Of a stretch of 64,000 bases of DNA, positions 13,814 through 24,164 are shown one piece after another. The stretch covers positions 231 to 64,230 of the forward strand of contig JASMTN010000021.1 in the NCBI GenBank assembly GCA_041694255.1, given 5' to 3'. The DNA comes from Candidatus Altimarinota bacterium (GTDB lineage: Bacteria > Patescibacteriota > Gracilibacteria > Absconditabacterales > Absconditicoccaceae). Under the pieces are notes generated by a model. The model was not told the DNA's origin and did no database searches. It saw nothing but the letters and a program-made list of their open reading frames with translations. Numbering within the stretch: position 1 is the stretch's first letter; the number at the start of each line of letters is the position of its first letter. The position numbers and the translations under genes are program-made.

Positions 13814-14880
13814 TATTTTACTTTAACATAGTGTAAATATTCAACTACTCCATCTTTTTTATGATTTCTGCTTTCAGTTTTATCTGCTTTAAATCTTCTA
13901 TAATCTTTCTTAAAAACTCAATAATCTCATTTAGATGACATTATTTCTTTTATATCATCCAAATTCATAAGTCATTCATCATTATAACTTAAAAATATAT
14001 ATTTTGCATCAATATTATCAATTAAATCTTTATAAGCTTGTTTAACATAACTTTTACTACAGTATAAAGACCTTTGACTAGAATTATCTCTCATTCAAGT
14101 TTTTCATTTTATAGAAGGATTATCATACTTTGCAATAGTTTCAAGTATATGATAATTTCCTGCATATTGTCTATGATTATATGGTGGGTCTAGATATACT
14201 ACATCATGTTTGGTATTTTGTATAAGTGAATTTATATCTTCATTGAATATATCATGTTCTTTATCATTTACATAAAGTTCTGCAGGTTTTACATTCAAAG
14301 TTTTTTGAGCTGATTTTTTTAATTTTTTCAAAAATGCACCATATACACTTGCTGTGTTTGCAACTTTATCTATAGCTTCAAGTAAACTTGTAAGTAAAAA
14401 ATAATACTCATCTTCTGTTATTTTATTATTTTCTTTCCATTCTTCTATTTTTTCTCTTATCCCATCACATTTTAAAGCATTTTCATCAGAAAAATATTGT
14501 CTTTCAAATTCTTTTCATTTAGTTCATCATAATGAATAATTATTGTATATAAATCACTTTTTTCAAGCTAAATTATTTAAGTATTTACAAACTATTTCTT
14601 TATAAGAATTTACATCTCAAATTAAAAGTTCAGGTATTTCAAAAAGTAATCAAGTAAAGTATAAATCTGTATGATTTCAAATATAATGTCTATTTAACAC
14701 ATAACTATAATATTGTAAATCATTTGCTATAACTTTGTGTCATTTTTGTTTAAAAAATCTACCAACTATTCAGGTTCAAGCAAAAAGATCAGAAAAAGTA
14801 TAATCTTTATTTCAAACAACATGAGTTATACCATTTTCTATAAACTCTAAAAGTGAAAGTTTTGATCAAATATAGTTCAT
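13813..14880 (-). CDS. N6-adenine DNA methyltransferase (D12-class-like)
   Basis: 355-aa ORF. Contains MNYIGSKLSL..., FSDLFAGTGIVG (AdoMet motif) and YLDPPYNHRQY (motif IV). Frame agrees with track ORF 14104-14331. Confidence 0.8.
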
Positions 14881-14929
14881 TTACTATTTATTTATTATTA
14901 AATTGATACTTATAGTATTCATTTTTTAT

Positions 14930-15583
14930 CTATTTTCAAGATAATTTTTTATTTAAACTTTCTTTCCATTTTTCAGGAGAAAACCAACCACATCATTCAC
15001 ATCCAAGATTTTCTTCATAATTTTCTTTTCATTTATAAAAATAATTTATTCATAAAAATGCTTGTCTTTTTCAAGTTCTTTTACATTTTTCACAGTATCT
15101 ACTTTTTAAAAGATTATGTTCTCTTACCAAAAGCATAAATTTTGACATAAGTTGTTCATCAGTCATATTTATATAATCTTCTTCTTTTTTTGTCCATCTA
15201 ACTTGTGGAATTCTATGATCAACTTCTATCTTCCTTCAACTTGGTGTATATCATAAAATAGCATCTTTATTGTCTAATAGTTTAATTATTCTTTCTTTTA
15301 ATTTTGGGTTTAATGTTTTTGTTCTTTCTAATGAAACATTTTCTTTTTTTAGAGAAATAAGTTTTCTATGTGGTGTTTTTCTTCAACAAACATCACAAAA
15401 CATATTTTTTGCATAGTTTGGTCAAACTTTTTCCATTTTATAACCTGCTTGTCTTATCATCTGTAATGCTTTTGCTGGTTGACTTCAAGGAAGTTCATGT
15501 TCTGAACAGTGCCATTTTAAGTCTGATAGTATCTCAAAAATTTTATAAATTTGTGTTCATTCTTTAAATGGATTTTTAATCAT
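14930..15583 (-). CDS. HNH-type nuclease, putative restriction endonuclease
   Basis: 217-aa ORF with IEVDHRIPQVRW ... EHNLLKSRYCEKCK ... CEGCGW (HNH plus Cys-rich motifs). Lies between a C-protein gene and a methylase gene. Confidence 0.6.
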
Positions 15584-15596
15584 TGTTAAAACATTA

Positions 15597-15797
15597 TTAA
15601 AATAAATCTTTAATTTTAATTCAAAGTGCTTTTGATAATTTTTCTATATTTTCAAGAGAAATATTTTTTTCTCATCTTTCTACATTTCAAATATAAGTTC
15701 TATGTAAATCACATTTCATAGCCAGTGATTCTTGAGAATATCAAAGTTTTTTCCTAAATTCTCTAAGTTTTTCTCAAAAACTTTTCTTAATATCCAT
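15597..15797 (-). CDS. XRE-family HTH regulator (R-M controller C-protein candidate)
   Basis: 66-aa ORF. [41 protein letters not shown] is a classic HTH_3 pattern. First gene of the cassette. Confidence 0.7.
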
Positions 15798-15843
15798 ATT
15801 ACTTTTTAAATAATAAAAAACAGCCATCATTATAATAAATGAT

Positions 15844-15866
15844 GACTATAAATCTACAGACTATAA
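15844..15866 (-). promoter_or_regulatory. tandem GACTATAA repeats upstream of the C-protein gene (candidate operator)
   Basis: GACTATAA occurs at 15844-15851 and 15859-15866. A 7-bp inverted repeat CATCATT/AATGATG (15825-15844) plus an A-run lies adjacent and could terminate the upstream gene. Confidence 0.3.
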
Positions 15867-15874
15867 GTAGAGGT

Positions 15875-16279
15875 TTATTTTTTAGATTTAGATGTTGCTA
15901 AATAAAAATTTAGATTATTATCTAATCTTTTTACTTTTATATCTTTTCTAATTTCATTTATTAAAATAGTTAAGTAAGGCACATAGTCAAAATCTTTTCA
16001 TTTTGCTTTTTCTCTAAATTCTTGTAATGCAAATAAAACATCAGAGGTTGCAAATAAATGTAAATTATTACAAGCCTTTGCATATCTTATTTCATTTTCT
16101 AAATTTTTTTCTCAGTCTGTTATTCAGCTTAAAGATTCAATAAATTCAATATAAAACCTTAATTTTTCTTTTTTCCACTCAAATTCTTCTTCTTTTTTCT
16201 TTGTTAAATAATATGTTATTGATGCAATTAGAACTCATCACAAAATTGAAATAATAGTTGTAATTATTTGAGTATCCAT
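15875..16279 (-). CDS. hypothetical N-terminally anchored helical protein
   Basis: 134-aa code-25 ORF. One TM helix, then a helical soluble part. Sits 4 nt downstream of the methylase gene. Confidence 0.4.
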
Positions 16280-16283
16280 AACT

Positions 16284-17066
16284 TTACTTCTTAAAAACTA
16301 AAATATACTCATGCTTGAATAGATAATAATCACTATTTAAAGCTCTATACCTCCAAATTCATCAAGTTCATTGTTTTCATCTATTTCACTCCATATTTTT
16401 AACAATAATACTTTTGAGTTTGAAACCCAATTTTTGAGCTTCATTCATACATTGAAAACCTAAAGGTATCCATTCACTTTTTTGATATTTATCTCAAATA
16501 ACTATAACCATGTATCAATCCTTTTTCAATACATTTTTTGTATTTTCAAGAACTTTTGCAAAATCTTGTAAAAATCAGTCTATTCAATTTGAATTTGATA
16601 AATCTTCTTTTTCTTCAGAAAATTTTATTATATCAGCATAAGGAGGATGTAAGATAGCTAAATCAAGTCATTCAATATTTCTATATTTTAATATTTCTTT
16701 TATATCAGAAAGTGTTTTTTTACTTTTACTATCTCATACTCAAAAATGAGCTTTAATTTTTTTACCATCTATTATTTCTTTAGCTTTATCTACAAGCTCT
16801 TTTTGTATATCAATTCATATTATATTTCTTCATAAATCTTCGCATTCAATAGCAGTTGTAGCACTTCCAAGGAAAGGATCAAAAACCCATCATCATTTTT
16901 TTGTATATCTTTTTATAAAATGTTCTGGAATTTGAGGAACAAAATTTCAATGATAATAGTTTGAATGTTTCCCTCACTTTTTTCTTTCTTCTATAACCCA
17001 TAAACTATCTGTAGATATATCTATATCTTTCCAATTTTCCATATCAAAATCATTAAATTTTGGCAT
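16284..17066 (-). CDS. DNA methyltransferase, N4/N6 (ParB-less) family
   Basis: 260-aa ORF. Contains YYHGNFVPQIPEHFIKRYTKKGGWVFDPFLGSATTAIE and AILHPPYADI. Confidence 0.75.
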
Positions 17067-17089
17067 AGTATAATTTTATTTTATAAACT

Positions 17090-17125
17090 TACCCTAAACT
17101 TACTTATTTAATAACTTTTTTCAAA
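17090..17125 (-). repeat. 36-bp perfect direct repeat, copy B (promoter-like, upstream of methylase 16284-17066)
   Basis: Identical to 13514-13549. Confidence 0.85.
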
Positions 17126-17144
17126 CTTTAGTATTAAATTATAA

Positions 17145-17585
17145 TTAATTTTTTATATTTATTTTTTTTATTTGATACAATAAATATATAGTTGTTAAGT
17201 AAATAATAATTATAGGTATGTTAGCAATAATTTGCTCAATATGCTTAAAATCAAAAGAAATAATTGATACTAATATTTCTAAAAAAATTAATCATACATA
17301 TAAAGACTCAACATTTATTGATGTTAACAATAAATTATATATATTTTTTAGTCTAGACTCTTTTTTTTCTTTATTTCAATTAAAATATAAATATAAGTTT
17401 ATTATATTAAAAAATGAAATAAAAAACATAAATAAAATTAATAATCAAAACAAATAAAGAAAAATTGTAAAAAAACTAACATATTCAAAATTATTATAGT
17501 AATCAATAAAAATATAACCATATCAAAAAAATCTTATTATTATTACAATAAGCAATATAGTTAAAAAAAAGTCTTTTATATTCAT
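17145..17585 (-). CDS. hypothetical multi-TM protein
   Basis: 146-aa code-25 ORF, very hydrophobic and low-complexity. It competes with antisense track ORF 17218-17457. Its orientation matches the surrounding operon. Confidence 0.3.
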
Positions 17586-17618
17586 ATTGTGGTAAATATA
17601 TTAAAAAAATAAATAATT

Positions 17619-17692
17619 TGCTTTAAATTTACTTATTTAGTAACTTTTTTCAAATAAAAAATTTTTTATAATTTTTTAAAAATAAATAAATG
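17619..17692 (-). repeat. imperfect (about 85-90% by eye) copy of the cassette-junction sequence
   Basis: Aligns with 13514-13583. Shares TTACTTATTTA-TAACTTTTTTCAAA and AAAAATTTTTTATAATTTTTTAAAAA. Overlaps the stop codon of the methylase at 17666. Confidence 0.7.
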
Positions 17693-18406
17693 TTCATGCA
17701 TAATAAGTAAAAAATTATAATCTTTTGATTTATTTACCCAAAATCAAGTAGCTTGACAATTATGTTGTTTTTTAATAATATCCTCTTTCAGTACAAATCA
17801 AACTTTTAAAAACCTTTCCATTACTTTAAAAGCAAGTGGTTGATACAATTTTTTTCTTCTTGTATCTCAAATAAGTATAGCACAATAAGATCACTTTTTT
17901 AAAACTCTAAAAGATTCTTTAGCAACTTTTTCTATTTCATTACAAAACTGATCTATATCATGTATATTTGATAAATCTTCTTTTATTTCTCAATCAGAAT
18001 ATTTAATTATATCAGAATAAGGAGGATGAGTTAGCACAAAGTCTATACTTTCATCTTTTATTGAAGTTTTTTTTCTTCTTGCATCTCAAAGTTTTATATC
18101 AATATTAGGTTTATTTTCTGATTTAAAATCAAGTAAACTTTTTGTTAGCTTAACTGAGTTAGGATTTATATCATATCATATTAAATTTCTGTTTAAAAGT
18201 TTAGCTTCAATAGCTGTTGTTCAACCTCAAATCATAGGTTCTAATATAGTATCTCATTCTTGAGAATATCTTAAAATTAGGTTTCTAACAACCTCAGGTG
18301 ACCAGTTTCATCTATATTTACTATTGTGAGTTGCTCGATTTCATCTTCTTGGAAAAGACCACACAGTTGTACATTCAAGTTCAAAATTTTCTGGTTGTTT
18401 TTTCAT
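17666..18406 (-). CDS. DNA methyltransferase, N4/N6 family (DpnA-like second methylase)
   Basis: 246-aa ORF. Contains WSFPRRGNRATHNSKYRGNWSPEVVRNLILRYSQEGDTILEPMIGGGTTAIEA and THPPYSDI. Starts directly after the REase stop. Confidence 0.75.
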
Positions 18407-19285
18407 TTACTCAATTATTTCATCTAAAATACCTTCTTTTAACATTTTCAAGTTATATATATTTCAATTTGTTGCATAATAAGCTTCTTCTAAAGGTTTC
18501 AATGCAGTTTTCCATCATAATCAATCAGTTATCCAAAACATTTGAACTCATTGTTCTTGAAGAAATTTATATAAATAATTAAACTCTCAAGATACAGACT
18601 TTAATTTACTTCATCATCAACCATAATAATTAACTTCTATTAAAGATAATGTTTTAGTTTCTTTATTAAAAATTCAAAAATCAAATCTCCTTGATGATTT
18701 ATCTGATTTAACTTCTATTCACCAATTTTCTTTTATCCATTTAGCTGTTGCTTGTTCTTTATACTCACAATTATTTTTATCACAAAAATCTTTTATAAAG
18801 TCCTCTACTAAATTTTCCATCAAAGTTCAGCTTCTATTTTTCCTTGCATTGCTATCAAGTCAAGTTTCTATACCAAATACATAATCTTCTAAATTTTTTA
18901 TATGTTTATTTTCAAAAATTTTTTGCAATCATGAATTTTTGAAAAACTTTATAAGTTCTTTTTCTCAAGCTATATCAAGTTTAACTTTTTTATCAAACAA
19001 ATATTTAACTTCTAATATTTCTTTAGTTTCTTCATCTAATATTAAATTAAATTTTTCTCTTACAGCTAAAAGTATTGGTAAAACTTCCCTAACTTCTGGG
19101 TATTTTATAACAATTTCTAAAAACCTGTCTTCAATGTTTTGTTCTCAAATAAGAGAATTTAATATATTTAATTGAACTTTTATTTTAAAAGTATTTTGTT
19201 CTATTTTTGGGAAATTACAAAAATAACTCCATGTAAAAATGGTTTTTCTAAAAGTTGAAATTAGGTTTTGGAAGTTTTTTTGCAT
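18407..19285 (-). CDS. type II restriction endonuclease, DpnII/MboI-like family (putative GATC-specific)
   Basis: 292-aa ORF with FGIETGLDSNARKNRSGTLMENLVED and EVNYYGGGGSKLKS. I recognise these as DpnII-family blocks from memory only. Confidence 0.6.
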
Positions 19286-19317
19286 AGTAACTTTAAATTA
19301 ATAATAAAAATTTACTT

Positions 19318-20316
19318 TTATAATTTTTTCTTTGCTTTTGATTTAAAGTCTTCTCAAGTATAATTACATCTTAAATAATCTCTATTTAATATATCTAAAA
19401 TTTTTTCAAAATTTGACTTATTTAAATTAATTTTTTTATTTTTATCAAGTTCTAATAATCATCCAAAATATTTATTGTATTCTGCTTCTGAATAAGATTT
19501 TTTTAAGTTATCTAACATTTTTTCATCAAATTTTTTAATCATACTATCATTATTTGAATCTTTATTTTCTGAAATTAATTTTACCTTTTTAGCAATTGAA
19601 TAATTATTTGCTATCATTTCACTTATAATATCTTCATTATCAATATTAAAGATATTATTTTCATCTGAAATAAAATTATCAGTAAAAAATTTTGTAGCTT
19701 CATCCTTAATATATTCTCTATAATCAAAAATTGACTTATATTTATTGCGATTTAAACAAAATACATATTTTCATCATAAGTAAATTACATCAATAGTTTT
19801 TTTTAAATTTAAATATTCTTTATTATCAATACTTGAAAAAATATTTCAACTTTTATTAAAAAAAAGTGGTATATATTTACTAAGTTTAGTTTTATTTACA
19901 TACATTTGTGGTTTATAAAACGATTGTAATAAATAAATATTTTTTTCATTTTTTTTATAATGAATTATCCAACTTCTTACAGTAAAATTATCTAAATCAT
20001 CAATTTTTTCTATTTCCTTTATTTTATCTTTTTTTATTTTACTATCTATCTCTGGAAATTTTATTACATTAGCTTTTTCTTCATAAAAGTTTTTTTGTGT
20101 ATCATCATCTAAATTATACTCATCAAAATCTTTTACAAAAGTTTCTTCATCAACAACAATATTATTTTTATTTAAACATAAATATGGCTTTAAAAAAGTA
20201 TCCTTAATACTTTTTTCCAATTCATTATCCACTTTTATTTTCTTTAATTGAAAATCTTCGTCTTTAGATTTATTTTTACATAAAATATATAGTCATTCAA
20301 AATTAGTATCTTTCAT
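19318..20316 (-). CDS. hypothetical 332-aa soluble protein (KwaB/DUF4868-like by size and context)
   Basis: Code-25 ORF. Frame agrees with track ORF 19846-20232. I recognise no catalytic motif. Paired with the upstream 4-TM gene. Confidence 0.4.
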
Positions 20317-20322
20317 TGTAAA

Positions 20323-20892
20323 TTAAGAGTTATATAAGTAAATTTCATCTGATATTTTTAAACACCTATCTCTAATAATATTATCATAGTTTATGTTATC
20401 ATATTGTTTTTTTATTATATATATTATATAATTATTTGATTCCATAGCAATTATATCATATCAAAATATTAATAAAAATATATTATATTTAAATAAATCA
20501 CTTTTAATATAAATTATAAAAACTGTTCATAACAAAATAATTGTTATCAAAAGTCTTTTATTATCGTCAATTCATAAAAAAGGAATTAAATATGTAAACA
20601 AGTATGTTAAAACTTCATGATTATTATTTTTAACTAAAAATTCATTATCTTTAATTTTATTAAAAAAAACTTCATTTATTTTATTTCAATATTTTGGTAA
20701 CATTATTTTAAATAAGATAATAACAAAAATAATAGAAAATATTAATAAGAAAATTAATAAATATGTTAAAATATTATGATAAAAGTTTGGTATAAAAGAA
20801 GAAAAATTTTTTAAATCTATTATTATAAAAATAATAAATAAGGGAAAATAACTAGTTATAAATAAAGATATTTTAGATAATAAACTTAACAT
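20323..20892 (-). CDS. 4-TM membrane protein (KwaA-like by size and topology)
   Basis: Track ORF 20686-20892 extends through TGA to 189 aa, with about four hydrophobic helices. Confidence 0.4.
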
Positions 20893-20901
20893 AAAAAAAT
20901 A

Positions 20902-21861
20902 TTAATAACTTAAAACAACAATTTCATCAATTTTTCATCTTCAAGAAGAATTTGAATTTATATTTCTTCTTGCTTTGACAGTTTTAAACTTATATCAAGC
21001 ATAAAGTTCTCTTATATAAGGTGTATCATGATTTGATAACATTACTTTTACTCATTTTTTATCAAGTTTTTTAAAAACTTCTGAAAGTTCTTTTTGCTCT
21101 TTTTTTCAAAATCCTCACTCATTATAGCTTGTAAAATTTGCAGTATCAGTTAATACATCATAAGGAGGATCAAAATATACAAAATCACCTTTTTTAGCTT
21201 TTTCTAAAACTGTATCATAAGATTTAAATTGTATATCTGCTTTTGTTTTATTTAAAAGTTTTGAAGTATTTTGTATATTTTCTTTTTGCACAAAATCAGG
21301 ATTTGTATATTTACCAAAAGGAACATTGAATTGTCAGCTTTTATTTACTCTATAAAGTCAATTAAAACAAGTTCTATTTAGATATAAAAACCTTCAAGCT
21401 CTTTGTATGTTTGAATACTTTTCTTTCCAATTATCTTTCCTATCCCAAGCTCTTATATCTAAAAAAGTTTCTTTATCATAATTTAAGGTTTCAAGAAAGT
21501 TTATAAGTTCTTTTGGATGATTTTTTATAACCTGGTAAGTATTTATAAGTTCTTCATTTACATCATATAAAGAAGATTTTTTTCTTTGTAAATTAAAAAA
21601 CACAGCTCATCATCAAACAAATGGCTCAAAATAATTATTAAACTCTTTTGGAAACAAACTTTCAAGTTGTGAAATTAGTTGTCTTTTTCATCAAACCCAT
21701 TTTACAAAAGGTTTAGCTTTTATGATATCGTTATTTTCTTCAAAAAATTGTTGTCATGATTTTAAATCACTAAATGCTCATGATAATAACCAAGATTGTA
21801 TGATAAGATAATTTATTCAATATTCTTTTGCCAATTTGTTTATTACTTCTTTATCTCACAT
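20902..21861 (-). CDS. Dam-family N6-adenine DNA methyltransferase (DpnM-like)
   Basis: 319-aa ORF. Contains VKWVGGKRQL, EPFVGGGAVFF, NEELINTYQVIK and FDPPYD. Frame agrees with track ORF 21394-21603. Confidence 0.85.
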
Positions 21862-21893
21862 TTTTATAGTTTAGTTATAATATAATTAATTTT

Positions 21894-21921
21894 ACTATAT
21901 TTATTTAACAACTTTTTTCAA
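21894..21921 (-). promoter_or_regulatory. promoter-like element of the dam/DpnII operon
   Basis: The minus strand reads TTGAAA-N16-TATAGT. The -10 lies about 33 nt upstream of the dam ATG. Confidence 0.45.
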
Positions 21922-21923
21922 AT

Positions 21924-22094
21924 AAAAAAAACCGGTTGTATTCAACCAGCCCTATATATTGTGCATAACTTAGAGGGCCTAACCGGTTTATAGTCGTTAG
22001 GACCCCTAAAATAGTAGGTTGCCTACTGTTGTCAGTATATTAGCAACAACAGTTTTTTTTGTTTATGTTTAAGCAACCCTAGAATTCTAGGATC
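21924..22094 (-). ncRNA. candidate structured small RNA of unknown class (about 170 nt)
   Basis: GC-enriched relative to its flanks. Own promoter-like element at 22101-22128. Hairpins: CCTAGAATTCTAGG, CTGTTGT/ACAACAG, GTAGG/CCTAC and GGGCCTAAC/GTTAGG(A)CCC. Terminal hairpin CUGGUUG-AAUA-CAACCGG followed by U8. Confidence 0.45.
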
Positions 22095-22100
22095 CTAAAA

Positions 22101-22128
22101 ACTATAAAAAAAATTAACACAATTTCAA
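22101..22128 (-). promoter_or_regulatory. promoter-like element for the ncRNA candidate
   Basis: The minus strand reads TTGAAA-N16-TATAGT, the same architecture as other promoters in this window. Confidence 0.4.
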
Positions 22129-22205
22129 CAAGTTTTTTAAAAAGTTTAAACTATTTTATAATAAAATTCATTAAATAGTAGTTCTTAATTCTACTTATAT
22201 AGATT

Positions 22206-22730
22206 TTATCAAACTATTGGTTCAAATATATAATTAGCTTTTAATAATTTAGTTTCTTTATTCCAATTAATTTTTTGATAATCTTTAAGTATATTTTCAT
22301 ATTTTATAACATCTAAGTTAAGTTGATTCCTTTCTTCAAAAGTTTGCTCACATATTCAAGTTTTTATCTCTTTTCTAGATGTTATATCATAGTTTTTATC
22401 TTTTTTAAGAAGTATGAACTTATTTTTATTTCAAGAAAAAAGATATATATTTTCATATCAAAGTTTATTAAATAACTCCAATTTATCCATATAATATACT
22501 TTATCTAAGTTTCAAAGATGCAATAAAATATTTACTACTTCAGTTCCTATCCTAGTTGTAGAAAAATTTCAAGGTCAAGTAATTATATACAAAGTTTCTA
22601 TACTATTTTGTTTATATAGGTAGGTTGGAAGCTGAGTTTCAAAATTTTTTCTATCAAAAAAATATAAATCTCAATCATTATATACAAAAGGTACATCACT
22701 GGCAAAATTTAATAGCATATAAGAAAACAT
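22206..22730 (-). CDS. tsaB: TsaB/YeaZ-like protein (t6A biosynthesis partner), short form
   Basis: 174-aa ORF with TGPGNFSTTRIG, matching the TsaB GPGSFTGxRIG motif. Confidence 0.55.
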
Positions 22731-22780
22731 TAAAACATAAATTAAAAAACATTATAATAATTTTTTAAAAAATTCAATAT

Positions 22781-22803
22781 CAAAAAAAGCCCGATATATC
22801 GGG
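22781..22803 (-). terminator. intrinsic terminator after rpsI
   Basis: Palindrome CCCGATATATCGGG followed on the minus strand by a T-run. Confidence 0.7.
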
Positions 22804-22827
22804 AATTTATTTTTTATATATAGAAAA

Positions 22828-23250
22828 TTATCTTTTACTCCATTGTGGAGATTTTCTAGCACCTCTAAGACCTGGTTTCTTTCTTTCTTTTTCTCTAGGA
22901 TCTCTTTTTAATAACCCATAAGGTTTAAGAGTAGGTCTATAGTCAGGATTAAATTCAACCAAAGCTCTTGATAAAGCTAATCTTATAGACTCAGCATGAC
23001 CTCTTAATCCACCCCCATGAACATGTAAAGTAACATCAAACATTTTTCTAGTAGGTGTTCACAATACAGTTAAAGGGAAAAGTGCATCTTTTAAAAGATC
23101 TTTAGAACCTTCTCATGCAAAGTAATCTTCTATTTTTATATACTCTTGATCTTTTTTAACAAGCACATTTCATTTACCTTTTGTAAGATGACATGTAGCA
23201 GTAGAAGTTTTTCTTCTACCTACAGCATAGTAATATTTGTTTGTAGCCAT
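22828..23250 (-). CDS. rpsI: 30S ribosomal protein S9
   Basis: MATNKYYYAVGRRKTSTA... HGGGLRGHAESIRLALSRAL ... KSPQWSKR. Track ORF 22828-23043 extended through TGA. Confidence 0.95.
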
Positions 23251-23254
23251 TTAA

Positions 23255-23713
23255 TTATATTCTTTCAGGAGATAAATGATCATATTTATTTGTAGTACCT
23301 ACAAATAGTTTCAATCTTTTTAATCTTTCTTTTCTTAATTTATTTTTAGGTAACATTCACTTAACAGCTAATTGTATAACTCTTTCAGGATGTGTATCTA
23401 ACATTCTTTGTAAAGGAATTTCTTTAAGATGACCTTTATGTCAAGAGTGTGTACGATATAGTTTATCTGATAATTTATTTCAAGTTACTTTAACTTTATC
23501 AGCATTTTCAACTATAACATAATCACCACAATCCCAGAAATCACATACATATGGTTTATCTTTTCAAGATAGTCTATTTGCTATCTCTACTGCTATCTTA
23601 CCAAGTGTTTTACCTTCAGCATCTACAATAAACCATTTCCTATTATTTTTTAAATAATCAGGCTTTATCCAAACAGTTTTATTTAGATTTTGCTTAGTAA
23701 TATTTTCTAACAT
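23255..23713 (-). CDS. rplM: 50S ribosomal protein L13
   Basis: [29 protein letters not shown]... matches the L13 pattern. Lies upstream of rpsI. Confidence 0.9.
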
Positions 23714-23751
23714 CACAAGTTTTTAAAATATAAACTTTTTTATAACAACTG

Positions 23752-24141
23752 TTAAACTAACTCTAACATAATTTTTTCAACAGCATCACCTTTTCTATAA
23801 CCAACTTTATAATTTTTTACAAATCAAGAAACTTTTCAGCTTTCTAGATATGTTGACAGCTTATCATTCATAATTTCAGTTACAACATTTTTATCATAAA
23901 TAATACTATCAAGTATTCTTTTTACTTCTCTTTTTGAAACATCTTCTTCTTTATATTTTTTAGAAGTTCTAACTAATCTTGCAAAAAGTTTATCAGCTTC
24001 ATGCTTAACTACTTTAGCCTTTTTAGGAGTTGTAGTTATTCTTTTTTCTCTAAGTAAAGAAGTTAGCATATTTCTTAAAACATTATCTTTCTTTTGTATT
24101 CCTGAATTAAATTCAAGAAGTCTATTATATCTATGTCTCAT
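23752..24141 (-). CDS. rplQ: 50S ribosomal protein L17
   Basis: MRHRYNRLLEFNSG...LLREKRITTTPKKAKV. Follows rpoA. Confidence 0.9.
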
Positions 24142-24164
24142 AATTTTACTTAAACAAACTAAAA

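Noticed and set aside
17218-17457. Plus-strand track ORF (79 aa) in the spacer between the two methylase cassettes.
   Set aside because: Low-complexity and AT-driven. It is antisense to a longer code-25 ORF (17145-17585) that matches the operon orientation. Neither is strongly supported, and only the minus-strand ORF was kept, at low confidence.
22037-22068. Plus-strand intrinsic terminator (CTGTTGT..ACAACAG + T8), implying a plus-strand gene or sRNA.
   Set aside because: I could find no plus-strand gene or convincing plus-strand promoter upstream. It is more simply an internal hairpin of the minus-strand RNA candidate, though a plus-strand transcript cannot be excluded.
21924-22094. Assigning the structured RNA to SRP RNA, 6S RNA, tmRNA or a tRNA-like element.
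   Set aside because: No GGAA/GNRA-capped helix with the AGCA/CAGG SRP motif. No T-arm/CCA. No long closing stem typical of 6S. Left as unknown class.
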